Made by a program: the position numbers and the translations under genes
In this document: positions 9,132 through 17,718 of the stretch, in pieces
Position numbering within the stretch: the stretch's first letter is position 1
Layout of the letters: each line of letters opens with the position of its first letter
NCBI GenBank assembly: GCA_963777315.1
Contig: CAVZQC010000004.1
Span: 832,001-896,000 of the forward strand
Source: Vulcanimicrobiota bacterium
Lineage (GTDB): Bacteria > Vulcanimicrobiota > Vulcanimicrobiia > Vulcanimicrobiales > Vulcanimicrobiaceae
DNA: 64,000 nt
Direction of reading: 5' to 3'
The notes under the pieces: model-generated
The model's database searches: none
Seen by the model: only the letters and a program-made list of their open reading frames with translations
What the model was told of the DNA's origin: nothing

Positions 9132-11714
9132 TCACGCGTTGGCGACGGCCTGCACGCCCGCGGGCGGATCGGGCGCGGACGCATCCAGCGCGCGAAAGAG
9201 CAAGACGCGATACCCCTGACTCTCTATCGTAACCGCGACGGTGCATATCTGTTCCCGAGCGAGCACGGAGTCGGTTTCCCAGTCGCCTCGCTCGCTGTTG
9301 TAGACGCGCGAGTGATAGCGCACGTGCGGTTCCAGCAGGTCCGTCAAATCGAGCGGGACGTTTTTAGTCGCCGTTCCGACGTTGCCGACAAGTACCGCGA
9401 ACTCATCCGCGCGGCGAAGCGCTACGACGCGCGCCACCCGCGAAAAAATCGGAATGCTGTCCGACACGTCTTCTTCATACACCGAATGCACGGCGTCGGT
9501 TTCTATTTCACACGTGGTGAACAGATGGAACGTACCGCCCGTGCGAACGGCGAAATACGTGATCTCGCGATCGCCGTACGGCAAACGCCGTAACGCAAGC
9601 CATTTCCATGAAGGTGGAACCAGTGGGTTGATTTGCGGGCGATCCCCCGTGAGGGTCAGTCCGCAAACGCCCTCGATCGCAGCCCACAGAAAGCGGGGCG
9701 GTTCCCACGGACTCAAGCGCATGCCGTGATTCACCAGCGATTCTCCGTCGAACCACTCGCTGAATTGGCCCGGCACGGTTTGGTGTCTGCGCGGATCCGC
9801 GGCGTAGTGATGAAACGACGCTCGCAGCGCCTTGACCATAGAATCCGGATGGTAACGGGCGGCGGCGAACGCGTACCACCACGTCAAGCCGGGCCATACG
9901 CCTCCAATGAGGCCGGCGAACGCTGCCGGATCGTAGCGCGGGTCGAGACACGAAGCCGTGCGCAATCCCGCTTGCGTCCAGAAATCCGCCGAATTGAGCC
10001 GGCTGATGATCCGGTACGCCGTTTCGTCATCGCAGGCGTGAAACATCACCGGAAAGATTTCATCGCCCGTCACGTCGGTGTGCGGGTTGCCTTCGGCATC
10101 GATGTTGAGGTAAAACAAGCCGTTTTCGGGATTGATTAAATGCGTCTGCATCGCTTCCCGGATCGCCGACGAGGCGTCGCTGAACGCCGCAATGCGCTCG
10201 TCGCTCTCGTGCACGCGCTCTCCCAGATGGGCGAGCGCGCGCAGTGCCGCGACGCACTCCGCGTTTATTTCCGTCACTGCTCCGTTGATAGTGTAGTTCG
10301 GAATGATGTTGCGCCAGCTGGCGATCGCCCAAACGTTCCCGCGTGGATCCTTTGCGCTGCAAAACACCAGCCGGCGCTCGTCCATTTGGGACATGATGTA
10401 ATCGCCGGCCTTGGCCAGCGACGGGTAGATGCCGCGCAGCCACTGCTCGTCGCCCGTCGAACGAAAGTGATGGTTTGCCGCAATGATGTATAACGGCGTG
10501 TCGTCGTTGATGTTCAACCCGTCGTCTTCGGCCCGGTCGGTCATGGCGTCGACGTACTCGGGCAACTTGCCGCTCGGGTACTGCAGGGAAGCCCATTTTT
10601 TTAACAGCGACCGAGAAAACGCCGGCATGAAATGATCGCAGCCGTACACGAACCAGGCGCAGTCACGGCAGACCACGTTCGACATCACGCCGGGATCGTT
10701 GGTGAAGAGCCAACCCGTCGGATATTTGGCCATGACGCGCCGCATGTTGACCTTGCTCCAGATGGCGCCGTCGTTGATCACTTCGTCGGGTGTGATGACC
10801 TCACCGCGATGCAGCACGTCTTCCAAATTGTCGATCGTTTGCGAAAGCGCTTGCGTTGCCGGCATTGCTACGGCAAAACGCCGGCGCGCGTCCTGCACGC
10901 CTTTGACGTACAGGCCCGTGCGAAAGGAGAAGGTTTCGCGGTCCCCGGGTTTGAGCGAGAACTCGACCTGCAGGCTTCCGAGGATGTCGCCCACCGCTTG
11001 CGTATGGTTCGACAGCGGCTTCACGCGCGACGCGCTGTAGACGTTGCTGACGTCGAAACTCGTTTCAAATGCGCTGGGCTCGCGGCTGACCGCGAAGATG
11101 CGCACGGATGCGGGGTGTACGGTATTGGTCGCGAGCAGTCCGAAGAGCTCGCTATCATAGATCGCCGAAACGTCTTCGGCCGTATCTCCGCGCAGGCGGG
11201 CAAAGCCGTTGACGCGCAGATCGTGTTCGACCGCTCCGCGGTTTTCGATCTCGACGAGCTGATACAATATCGGCGGATCGCTTTCGGCGTTGTCGCCGCC
11301 CAGCAACGGCAAGAAAACCGTCTCCGAAACGAACAGCGAACCCGCTACGTCGAACGTGCGGCGTTGATAGGCGGGATGGATCTCCACGCTGACTGCATCG
11401 CGGTCCACGGAGAGCGGTGTAAATACTTTCGTGCTGCTGTCGCCGGGGGTGCCCCTCCACGCATCCCGCAACGGCCGCCCGGCGATGGCATAACGCACGG
11501 CGATGGCGCCGACCATCGAACGTCCCGTGGCGACGCAAAACACCCGTTCCACATCGCCGGTGTTCTTGGTATTGACCCACAGAGCGCTATTGCCAAGGCT
11601 GGATCCCACGCCCAGATGCTGAGTGCTCAGGGTGTAGGTCGGCAGGCGTCGCGAACTGTCGAGCGCGTGCTCCGAGGAACCCTTGGAAACGGTCTGATTC
11701 GGTCTAGCCTCCAT
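9132..11714 (-). CDS. six-hairpin (alpha/alpha)6 glycoside hydrolase, amylo-alpha-1,6-glucosidase-like
   Basis: 860 aa; CRDCAW, NINDDTPLY, TEINAE, GGVWP, GQFSEW; paralogous to 52346-54788. Confidence 0.7.
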   Translation of the reverse strand: MEARPNQTVSKGSSEHALDSSRRLPTYTLSTQHLGVGSSLGNSALWVNTKNTGDVERVFCVATGRSMVGAIAVRYAIAGRPLRDAWRGTPGDSSTKVFTPLSVDRDAVSVEIHPAYQRRTFDVAGSLFVSETVFLPLLGGDNAESDPPILYQLVEIENRGAVEHDLRVNGFARLRGDTAEDVSAIYDSELFGLLATNTVHPASVRIFAVSREPSAFETSFDVSNVYSASRVKPLSNHTQAVGDILGSLQVEFSLKPGDRETFSFRTGLYVKGVQDARRRFAVAMPATQALSQTIDNLEDVLHRGEVITPDEVINDGAIWSKVNMRRVMAKYPTGWLFTNDPGVMSNVVCRDCAWFVYGCDHFMPAFSRSLLKKWASLQYPSGKLPEYVDAMTDRAEDDGLNINDDTPLYIIAANHHFRSTGDEQWLRGIYPSLAKAGDYIMSQMDERRLVFCSAKDPRGNVWAIASWRNIIPNYTINGAVTEINAECVAALRALAHLGERVHESDERIAAFSDASSAIREAMQTHLINPENGLFYLNIDAEGNPHTDVTGDEIFPVMFHACDDETAYRIISRLNSADFWTQAGLRTASCLDPRYDPAAFAGLIGGVWPGLTWWYAFAAARYHPDSMVKALRASFHHYAADPRRHQTVPGQFSEWFDGESLVNHGMRLSPWEPPRFLWAAIEGVCGLTLTGDRPQINPLVPPSWKWLALRRLPYGDREITYFAVRTGGTFHLFTTCEIETDAVHSVYEEDVSDSIPIFSRVARVVALRRADEFAVLVGNVGTATKNVPLDLTDLLEPHVRYHSRVYNSERGDWETDSVLAREQICTVAVTIESQGYRVLLFRALDASAPDPPAGVQAVANA

Positions 11715-11942
11715 CGAAACACACTACTGCGCAAGTCGCTCCGAACCATCTGCCGGACCCGCGCGAGTGCGTCGTATCCGCCGCGGCCTGATGCGGCTTA
11801 CGCTGTGATGGCGATGTAAGAGCGGAGTACGGCGGCGTCGGCCGGCCAAAGACTCCCCATTGGAAGCTTTGCCGGCGGCTCTGAAAAAAAGGCGACGCCG
11901 AAGGCTCTCGAACGAACGGCTAAGGCGAAATAGAGGCGCCAT

Positions 11943-13344
11943 ATGATACGGACAAGAGTGTGTTTCAGCACTACGCTCCTCATCTTAACGATTCTCACGA
12001 TCGCGGCGTCGCCGCTCCTCGACCCCCGGGCCGAAGTAGTGAGAATCCGGTCGTTGCGCCTTGAGAACAACCGCGCCATCGCTGCGCATGACGTTGCACT
12101 GATGCGTCGGTCGTGGGCTCCCAATATTCGGCTTATCGCGAGCGACGGCAGGGTCTATTCCGGGTCGGCTGCGCTTGCGCGCAGCTGATAAGGATGAAGA
12201 ATTCAAGGATCCGCGCTTTGTGGCATACGTCCGAAGGCCGTTGAATATCACCACCGATTCGGACGGCGTACGGGCAGCCGAGTATGGCGAGTGGACGGCG
12301 ATCGACGAACCTCCGGAAAAAGTTCGGTCGGGGAGTTATCTGGCATCGTGGCAAAAATTCGGTGATAAGTGGAAGATAGCTTTTGAAGCGTACGCATCGA
12401 CCGATCGCGCGCCGCAAAGCATCACCGACCGGTTACGCCCAACGGCCACACTCACCGTCGGCGGGTCACCGGACTGGCTGGCCATCACGCCGCACGCGGT
12501 GTGGGTTTCGAATGCGGTTTTCACGGCAATACAGCGCATCGACGTACGAACGAACACGCTCACCGCACGCGTTAGCCTGCCCTCTAAGCCGTGTTCGGGT
12601 CTCGCATACGCATTCGGAAGCGTCTGGGTGCCACTGTGCGGGCGGCATCCCGCATTGGCTCGCATCGACGCAGTGTCGAATTCGATTACGTCCATACTTC
12701 CAATTGGACCCGCGCTCTCCGAGGGTGGAATCGCGGCCGGCAACGATAGTATTTGGATGGTGACCGATCACGGAAAGCTCGCGCGCATCGATCCCAAAAC
12801 CAATCGATTGCGACAAGCGATCTCGATTGCAAGCGGATCGTACAATCCGCTCTTCAGCGAAGGCACGATTTGGGTAACAAGCGGCGACAAGAACTTATTG
12901 ACGGCAGTAAATGCCGCCAGCGGCAAAATCGTTGCAACGATCCCGGTCGGGCCGAAACCGCGCTTTCTTACAGCCGGTGACGGCATGGTGTGGACGCTCA
13001 ATCAAGGTGATGGATCGATTAGTAAAGTCGACGCCAAAAGCAGACGACTCATAGCGAACATCGAAGCCGAGATACCCGGCGCCGGCGGCGAAATCACGTA
13101 TGGGGCCGGCTCGGTGTACGCGACGATCGTTGGCGTTCCTCTTACGCAAATCGACGCAAAGACGAACGCAGTGCGCGGTCAATGGGGTGGACGCGGTGGA
13201 GATGCGGTACGCTTCGGACACAATTCGATTTGGCTGACCGATTACTTCCGCGGCTTGGTCTGGCGCATTCCCCCTCGCAGTTTTGGGCGGCGGCATGCAA
13301 GCGCCTTCTTTAGGAAACCGCGAATTGGGAAGCACCGGCAATGA
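11943..13344 (+). pseudogene. secreted NTF2/SnoaL-like + Vgb/YVTN-like beta-propeller fusion, broken by a +1 frameshift at about 12187
   Basis: Track ORFs 11943..12188 and 12175..13344 join as ...ARS-Y-KDEEFKD if G12187 is removed; second half has repeated W-V...RID propeller blades. Confidence 0.65.
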
Positions 13345-13371
13345 CATTGTCCAACATTCTCAAGCCCGAAG

Positions 13372-13380
13372 TGCTATACT
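13372..13380 (+). promoter_or_regulatory. extended -10 promoter element (TGcTATACT)
   Basis: TGn + TATACT about 36 nt upstream of ATG 13417. Confidence 0.45.
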
Positions 13381-13416
13381 GGCCCAACGGCTAGATTGAA
13401 GCCGGGAAAGTTAGCT

Positions 13417-13695
13417 ATGTTTGTACAAGTGATTCACAACATCACCGATAAAACTGTTTGGGCCCGGCGCACCGCGGACTTTGAGAAGCAAGGGCTTCCG
13501 AACGAATTCACGCTGCATTGCAGCGGCACTTCCACCGACCGCACAAAGGCTTTCTGCCTTTGGGAAGCTCCATCGGTAGAGGCTCTATCGTCGATCTTGG
13601 ATAGCGCCACCACCGGCGCGGCTCAAAACATCTACTACGCGATTGATGAAAACGCACCGGTGACGCGTCTTCCGCGCAGCGCCGTAGCGACATAG
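13417..13695 (+). CDS. small hypothetical protein (dimeric alpha/beta-barrel-like)
   Basis: KAFCLWEAPSVEAL motif typical of DUF3303/DUF4242-like proteins; followed by a terminator. Confidence 0.65.
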   Translation: MFVQVIHNITDKTVWARRTADFEKQGLPNEFTLHCSGTSTDRTKAFCLWEAPSVEALSSILDSATTGAAQNIYYAIDENAPVTRLPRSAVAT

Positions 13696-13733
13696 AAAAT
13701 TCGACTTCTACGGAAAACCAGAAAGACGAAAGA

Positions 13734-13762
13734 AAAAGCCCCGAATCGAATTCGGGGCTTTT
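13734..13762. terminator. bidirectional intrinsic terminator
   Basis: AAAAGCCCCGAAT-CGA-ATTCGGGGCTTTT between a convergent CDS and tRNA-Asp. Confidence 0.88.
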
Positions 13763-13766
13763 AAAC

Positions 13767-13843
13767 TGGCGACGCTGAAGGGGCTCGAACCCTCGACCTC
13801 CGCCGTGACAGGGCGGCGCTCTAACCAACTGAGCTACAGCGCC
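13767..13843 (-). tRNA. tRNA-Asp(GTC)
   Basis: GGCGCTGTAGCTCAGTTGGTTAGAGCGCCGCCCTGTCACGGCGGAGGTCGAGGGTTCGAGCCCCTTCAGCGTCGCCA. Confidence 0.97.
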
Positions 13844-13865
13844 ATCGCCGAACGGGCTACCGCAG

Positions 13866-13940
13866 TGGTGGGCACGGTTGGGATCGAACCAACGACCCTC
13901 CGCGTGTGAAGCGGATGCTCTCCCACTGAGCTACGCGCCC
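13866..13940 (-). tRNA. tRNA-Val(CAC)
   Basis: GGGCGCGTAGCTCAGTGGGAGAGCATCCGCTTCACACGCGGAGGGTCGTTGGTTCGATCCCAACCGTGCCCACCA. Confidence 0.96.
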
Positions 13941-14036
13941 GCATGCGGTTCCGGACCCGGGCTATTTTACGTCAACCCCTCTCTCCCTGTCCAGGGACGC
14001 GGCATGAAACAACCGTTACGCGGATATACGGGTACG

Positions 14037-14567
14037 GTGCAGCTGCTTACCTTTGGACACAGCACCCACACCCAAGCTGAACTGGGTGAACTCATACGGC
14101 TTGCCGGGATCGAGAGAGTCGTCGACGTGCGAACGGTCCCGAAAAGCCGCAAGCATCCGTGGGTTTGGAGCACTCGCATGGCAGTCTGGGTGCCGCAGGA
14201 AACCACGGCCGAATACCGCTGGGAAGCCGAACTGGGCGGTTTTCGCAGCCCTCAACCGAGCTCGCACAACACGGCTTTGCGCAATCCGTCGTTCCGAGGA
14301 TATGCCGATTACATGGAAACGGAGCGGTTCTTGAACGCGCTGCAGGGCTTAGTGGATTCGCTTTGCGAACGCCGCTCGGCAATAATGTGCTCTGAAGCGC
14401 TTTGGTGGCGCTGTCACCGCAGACTCATTTCCGACGCTGCGACGTTGCTGCACGCCGTCGAGGTGCGGCACTTGATGGGGAACGGACGAACGCAGGCGCA
14501 CGTGCTTACCCCCGGTGTGCGCCGGCTGGGAAACACCCTGCGTTACGACGGCGATCGAGCCGCATGA
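14037..14567 (+). CDS. DUF488 family protein
   Basis: TFGHS, VDVRTVPKSR, ELGG, FRGYADYM, MCSEALWWRCHR; start could be ATG 14004. Confidence 0.85.
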   Translation: MQLLTFGHSTHTQAELGELIRLAGIERVVDVRTVPKSRKHPWVWSTRMAVWVPQETTAEYRWEAELGGFRSPQPSSHNTALRNPSFRGYADYMETERFLNALQGLVDSLCERRSAIMCSEALWWRCHRRLISDAATLLHAVEVRHLMGNGRTQAHVLTPGVRRLGNTLRYDGDRAA

Positions 14568-15679
14568 ACGCGCCCGTCGAAGCGCTGGTCGACCCCGCTG
14601 CGTCGGCAAAAGCTGCGGGCCTGCGATACGTTACCGACGCGATGCCCGGCATCCGCCGCACGGCCCGTGGAAAGCATTTCGTCTACACGGATGCGAAGGG
14701 CAAGCAAATCCGGGACGACGCCGAGCTCAACCGCATACGCGCGCTGGCCGTGCCGCCTGCGTATACCGACGTATGGATTTGTCCGATTGAAAACGGCCAC
14801 TTACAAGCGACGGGCCGCGACGCGCGCGGCCGCAAGCAATACCGGTATCACAAGCGTTTTCGAGAGATTCGGGACGAGACCAAATACGAGAAGATGATTG
14901 CGTTCGCGCAAGCGCTCCCGGCCATCCGCAAACGAATCGAAGGCGATCTCGCAAAAACCGGGCTGCCGCGCGAAAAAGTTTTGGCAACGGTCGTGCAGCT
15001 GCTCGAAAGCACCGCAATTCGCGTCGGAAACGATGAGTACGCAAGAGACAATAAGTCGTTCGGGCTCACGACCCTGCAGAACAAGCATGCCAAGGTCGAC
15101 GGCTCGACGGTGCGCTTTTCGTTTCGCGGAAAGAGCGGAATCCAGCATGCAATCGACCTGCGCGACCGGCGCCTTGCCAAGATCGTCGGCCAATGCCAGG
15201 ATTTGCCGGGCCAGCAACTCTTCGAGTACGTCGACGACGATGGATCGACCCACGCGATCGATTCTTCGGACGTGAACGACTACATCCGCGAGATTTCGGG
15301 CGACGATTTTTCCGCCAAGGACTTTCGAACGTGGGTCGGCACCGTTGCGTGCGCGATACTGCTTGCCCAAGAGCACGAAGCGCAATCGCAAAACGAGCGC
15401 AAGACTCACGTCGCCGCAGTCATCAAGGACGTCGCCAAGCGCCTGGGCAACACGCCGGCCGTGTGTCGAAAGTGCTACGTGCACCCGGGGCTGCTCGATG
15501 CGTATATGGAAGGCGGCCGGCTCGACATGCAGCGCAAAGTGCGCCATACCGAAGGGCTGCTGCCCGAGGAACAGTTCGTTCTTGCTCTGCTGCACGAGCG
15601 AGCCAGGGAGACCGATTCGTCGCGTACGATGCGCCGCTTGCAGCAATCGCTGCGCAAGCGAAAGAAGAAAGCGGCGTGA
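14564..15679 (+). CDS. bacterial DNA topoisomerase IB
   Basis: VPPAYTDVWI, GRDARGRKQYRYH, IRVGN, FRGKSG, AKDFRTW, LGNTPAVCRKCY (catalytic Tyr). Confidence 0.93.
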   Translation: MNAPVEALVDPAASAKAAGLRYVTDAMPGIRRTARGKHFVYTDAKGKQIRDDAELNRIRALAVPPAYTDVWICPIENGHLQATGRDARGRKQYRYHKRFREIRDETKYEKMIAFAQALPAIRKRIEGDLAKTGLPREKVLATVVQLLESTAIRVGNDEYARDNKSFGLTTLQNKHAKVDGSTVRFSFRGKSGIQHAIDLRDRRLAKIVGQCQDLPGQQLFEYVDDDGSTHAIDSSDVNDYIREISGDDFSAKDFRTWVGTVACAILLAQEHEAQSQNERKTHVAAVIKDVAKRLGNTPAVCRKCYVHPGLLDAYMEGGRLDMQRKVRHTEGLLPEEQFVLALLHERARETDSSRTMRRLQQSLRKRKKKAA

Positions 15680-17109
15680 TCGCCGCTCTTGTTTTAGCCG
15701 CGCTGTTCGCCACAACCCAAACCCACTACGCCGTTGCTACGAGCAGCGCGCAAGCCCAAGCCGATTTCGACCGCGGGCTCACTCTGCTCTACGCGTATAA
15801 CGGCACGCAGGCGCAGCCCGCGTTTACCGGCGCGCTGGACGCCGATCCGCACCTGGCAATGGCGGCCTGGGGTCTTGCGCTAGCCAACGGAACGGATTTG
15901 AACACGGGCTTGGATCCCGTTCGCTTTGCCCGAGCGCAGAGTGCCGCGCAAAAGGCCGCTGGCCTTGCGGCATATGCTACGCCCGAGGAGCGGCTATACA
16001 TCGCGGCCGCCGTGGCGCGTTACGCCGGTACGTACGACCAGCGCGAGTTCGACGAAGCGCGGTACCGTACCGATATGGCGCAACTAGTCGCGCAGTATCC
16101 GCTCGACGATGATGCCGCAATGCTCGACGCCGAAGCGATCATGGAGCACGCCGGAACCTCGGGCATGTGGAACGAGCAAGGCACACAGCCTACGCCGGAC
16201 GGCCAACAGGCACTTTCGCTCATCGAACGCGTACTCGCGCGCGATCCGAACCACATAATGGCCAATCATTTGTGCGTGCACGCGTACGATTATGCCGCCG
16301 ACCGTACCGCGGCGACGGCATGTGCGGACCGACTTGCATCGTGGCGGTTCGATCCGGCGCAGGAACATCTGGCTCATATGCCTGCGCACACGTATGTGGA
16401 AACCGGCCAATACGCCAAAGCGGTGCGCGCGTCGGAATATGCGTGGACTCTGCGCGAGCAATCCGATGCCGAATTGAAATACGGACCGCACGATGCATAT
16501 ACCGGATGGACTGCCGCGCTGATGCTCGGCGATCTCCACGTCGCCGAAGTTTGGGCGGCGCGGACGGGATCGCAATACGGCGGCAGCGACTTGTGGGCGA
16601 CGTGGGCGCGCTTTGGCCAGTGGAATCGCATTTCCGGCTCCCACGCGCAGAATGAATTTTACGCACCGCTCGTGCGCGGATGGACCGACGTGCGCTTCGG
16701 CGTGATGCCGGATGCGAGGAAAATGCTCGCCTTGTACGGCAGCACGGATACCGATTATCGTTGGCTGCTCGAGTCGGTCGTCGACGAAGGGGAAGGCCGA
16801 CTTCAGCCGGCCGTCGCAGCGCTGGCACAGGCCATACGCTACCAGCAACGCGAGGATCGCGCCGAACAGCTGCCCGTGTTTCCCGCGAGCGAGTTGCTGG
16901 GCGCGCTGTATTATCGTCACGCGCTGTACCCGCAAGCAAGTGATGCGTTCGAAGCTGCGCTCGGGCAATATCCGAACGATCCCCGCGCGCTCTACGGTTT
17001 AGCCCTGGCGCAGCGCGCCTTGGGTCAGACCGCGCGTTCCGCCGAAACGCTCAAAACGTTCAGCAGCGTTTGGGATTCGCCCGCACCACCCGATATGCGG
17101 GCTCCCTAA
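15676..17109 (+). CDS. secreted TPR-repeat protein
   Basis: Signal peptide; AQADFDRGL..LYAYN, PNHIMANHLCVH, HLAHMPAHTY, C-terminal TPRs; GTGA overlap. Confidence 0.75.
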   Translation: MIAALVLAALFATTQTHYAVATSSAQAQADFDRGLTLLYAYNGTQAQPAFTGALDADPHLAMAAWGLALANGTDLNTGLDPVRFARAQSAAQKAAGLAAYATPEERLYIAAAVARYAGTYDQREFDEARYRTDMAQLVAQYPLDDDAAMLDAEAIMEHAGTSGMWNEQGTQPTPDGQQALSLIERVLARDPNHIMANHLCVHAYDYAADRTAATACADRLASWRFDPAQEHLAHMPAHTYVETGQYAKAVRASEYAWTLREQSDAELKYGPHDAYTGWTAALMLGDLHVAEVWAARTGSQYGGSDLWATWARFGQWNRISGSHAQNEFYAPLVRGWTDVRFGVMPDARKMLALYGSTDTDYRWLLESVVDEGEGRLQPAVAALAQAIRYQQREDRAEQLPVFPASELLGALYYRHALYPQASDAFEAALGQYPNDPRALYGLALAQRALGQTARSAETLKTFSSVWDSPAPPDMRAP

Positions 17110-17114
17110 CGCGG

Positions 17115-17309
17115 TCATACTTCGCGATTGCGCAGCGCCTGCGCCAGCCCCCCGAGCAGATCGCTCAGCGCTTGCGCGCGGTCCGCTATGTGGCCGCGAA
17201 TACCGCTACTTCGGCCGCTTTCCAGCGTTCGTATCAGCCGGGCGCGAGCAGCGCCGGCATGCAGTTCTTCGCGGCGCCGTTGGATGTCCGCACTGATCCA
17301 GTGCTCCAT
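17115..17309 (-). CDS. 64-aa helical hypothetical protein
   Basis: MEHWISADIQRRREELHAGAARARLIR...; GAGG SD 6 nt before ATG. Confidence 0.65.
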   Translation of the reverse strand: MEHWISADIQRRREELHAGAARARLIRTLESGRSSGIRGHIADRAQALSDLLGGLAQALRNREV

Positions 17310-17341
17310 TGGTCGCCTCTCTTTTAACGAAAGAAGTGTAT

Positions 17342-17374
17342 AAAAAAGCCTCCGTTGCATTTGCGCGGAGGCTT
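17342..17374 (-). terminator. intrinsic terminator inside 5' leader (attenuator)
   Basis: Minus strand AAGCCTCCG-CGCAAATGCAA-CGGAGGCTT-TTTT, 32 nt upstream of ATG 17309. Confidence 0.85.
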
Positions 17375-17399
17375 GGAACGCTACGCCGATCGCCGACGG

Positions 17400-17522
17400 C
17401 TAGGTCGGTCCTCGGCTCACGCAAGCTCCGCAAAATACGGCGTCACTACGAATGACGGTCGGGTCGAACGCCACAGCGAACTGAACGTGCATTCCCTTGC
17501 TCCGCGTTTCAAAAAATTTCAT
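17400..17522 (-). CDS. putative 40-aa leader peptide MKFFETRSKGMHVQFAVAFDPTVIRSDAVFCGACVSRGPT
   Basis: Below the track cutoff; strong SD AAAGGAGTGA 8 nt before ATG; stop 25 nt before the terminator stem. Confidence 0.65.
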   Translation of the reverse strand: MKFFETRSKGMHVQFAVAFDPTVIRSDAVFCGACVSRGPT

Positions 17523-17577
17523 AACTGCCGTCACTCCTTTCTTTATTTGCGCGACGCCTCGTCGAAAAAGTCTCCTC

Positions 17578-17607
17578 ACGATAGCACGCGCCCGCTCGCA
17601 GTGTCAA
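17578..17607 (-). promoter_or_regulatory. sigma70-type promoter for the leader unit
   Basis: TTGACA-N18-TATCGT with extended TG (TGcTATCGT). Confidence 0.7.
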
Positions 17608-17718
17608 ACGGCGTTCCAGCGGCGGTCCAGCATGCGTGCGGCCGCCAATTAACGCGCGTGCCCATCGGGAATCACTTTAGGTAGAGGAATCAATTCGAGA
17701 AGTGAGAGGCTTGGTTCA

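Noticed and set aside
12186..12188. Selenocysteine or read-through at the TGA
   Set aside because: TGA is followed by TAA and the downstream coding sequence is in a different frame.
14564..15679. Tyrosine recombinase/integrase next to the tRNA cluster
   Set aside because: The motifs match bacterial topoisomerase IB, a related fold, not an integrase.
17355..17684. 109-aa plus-strand ORF over the leader region
   Set aside because: No SD or recognisable motif; promoter, SD and terminator signals all point to the minus strand.
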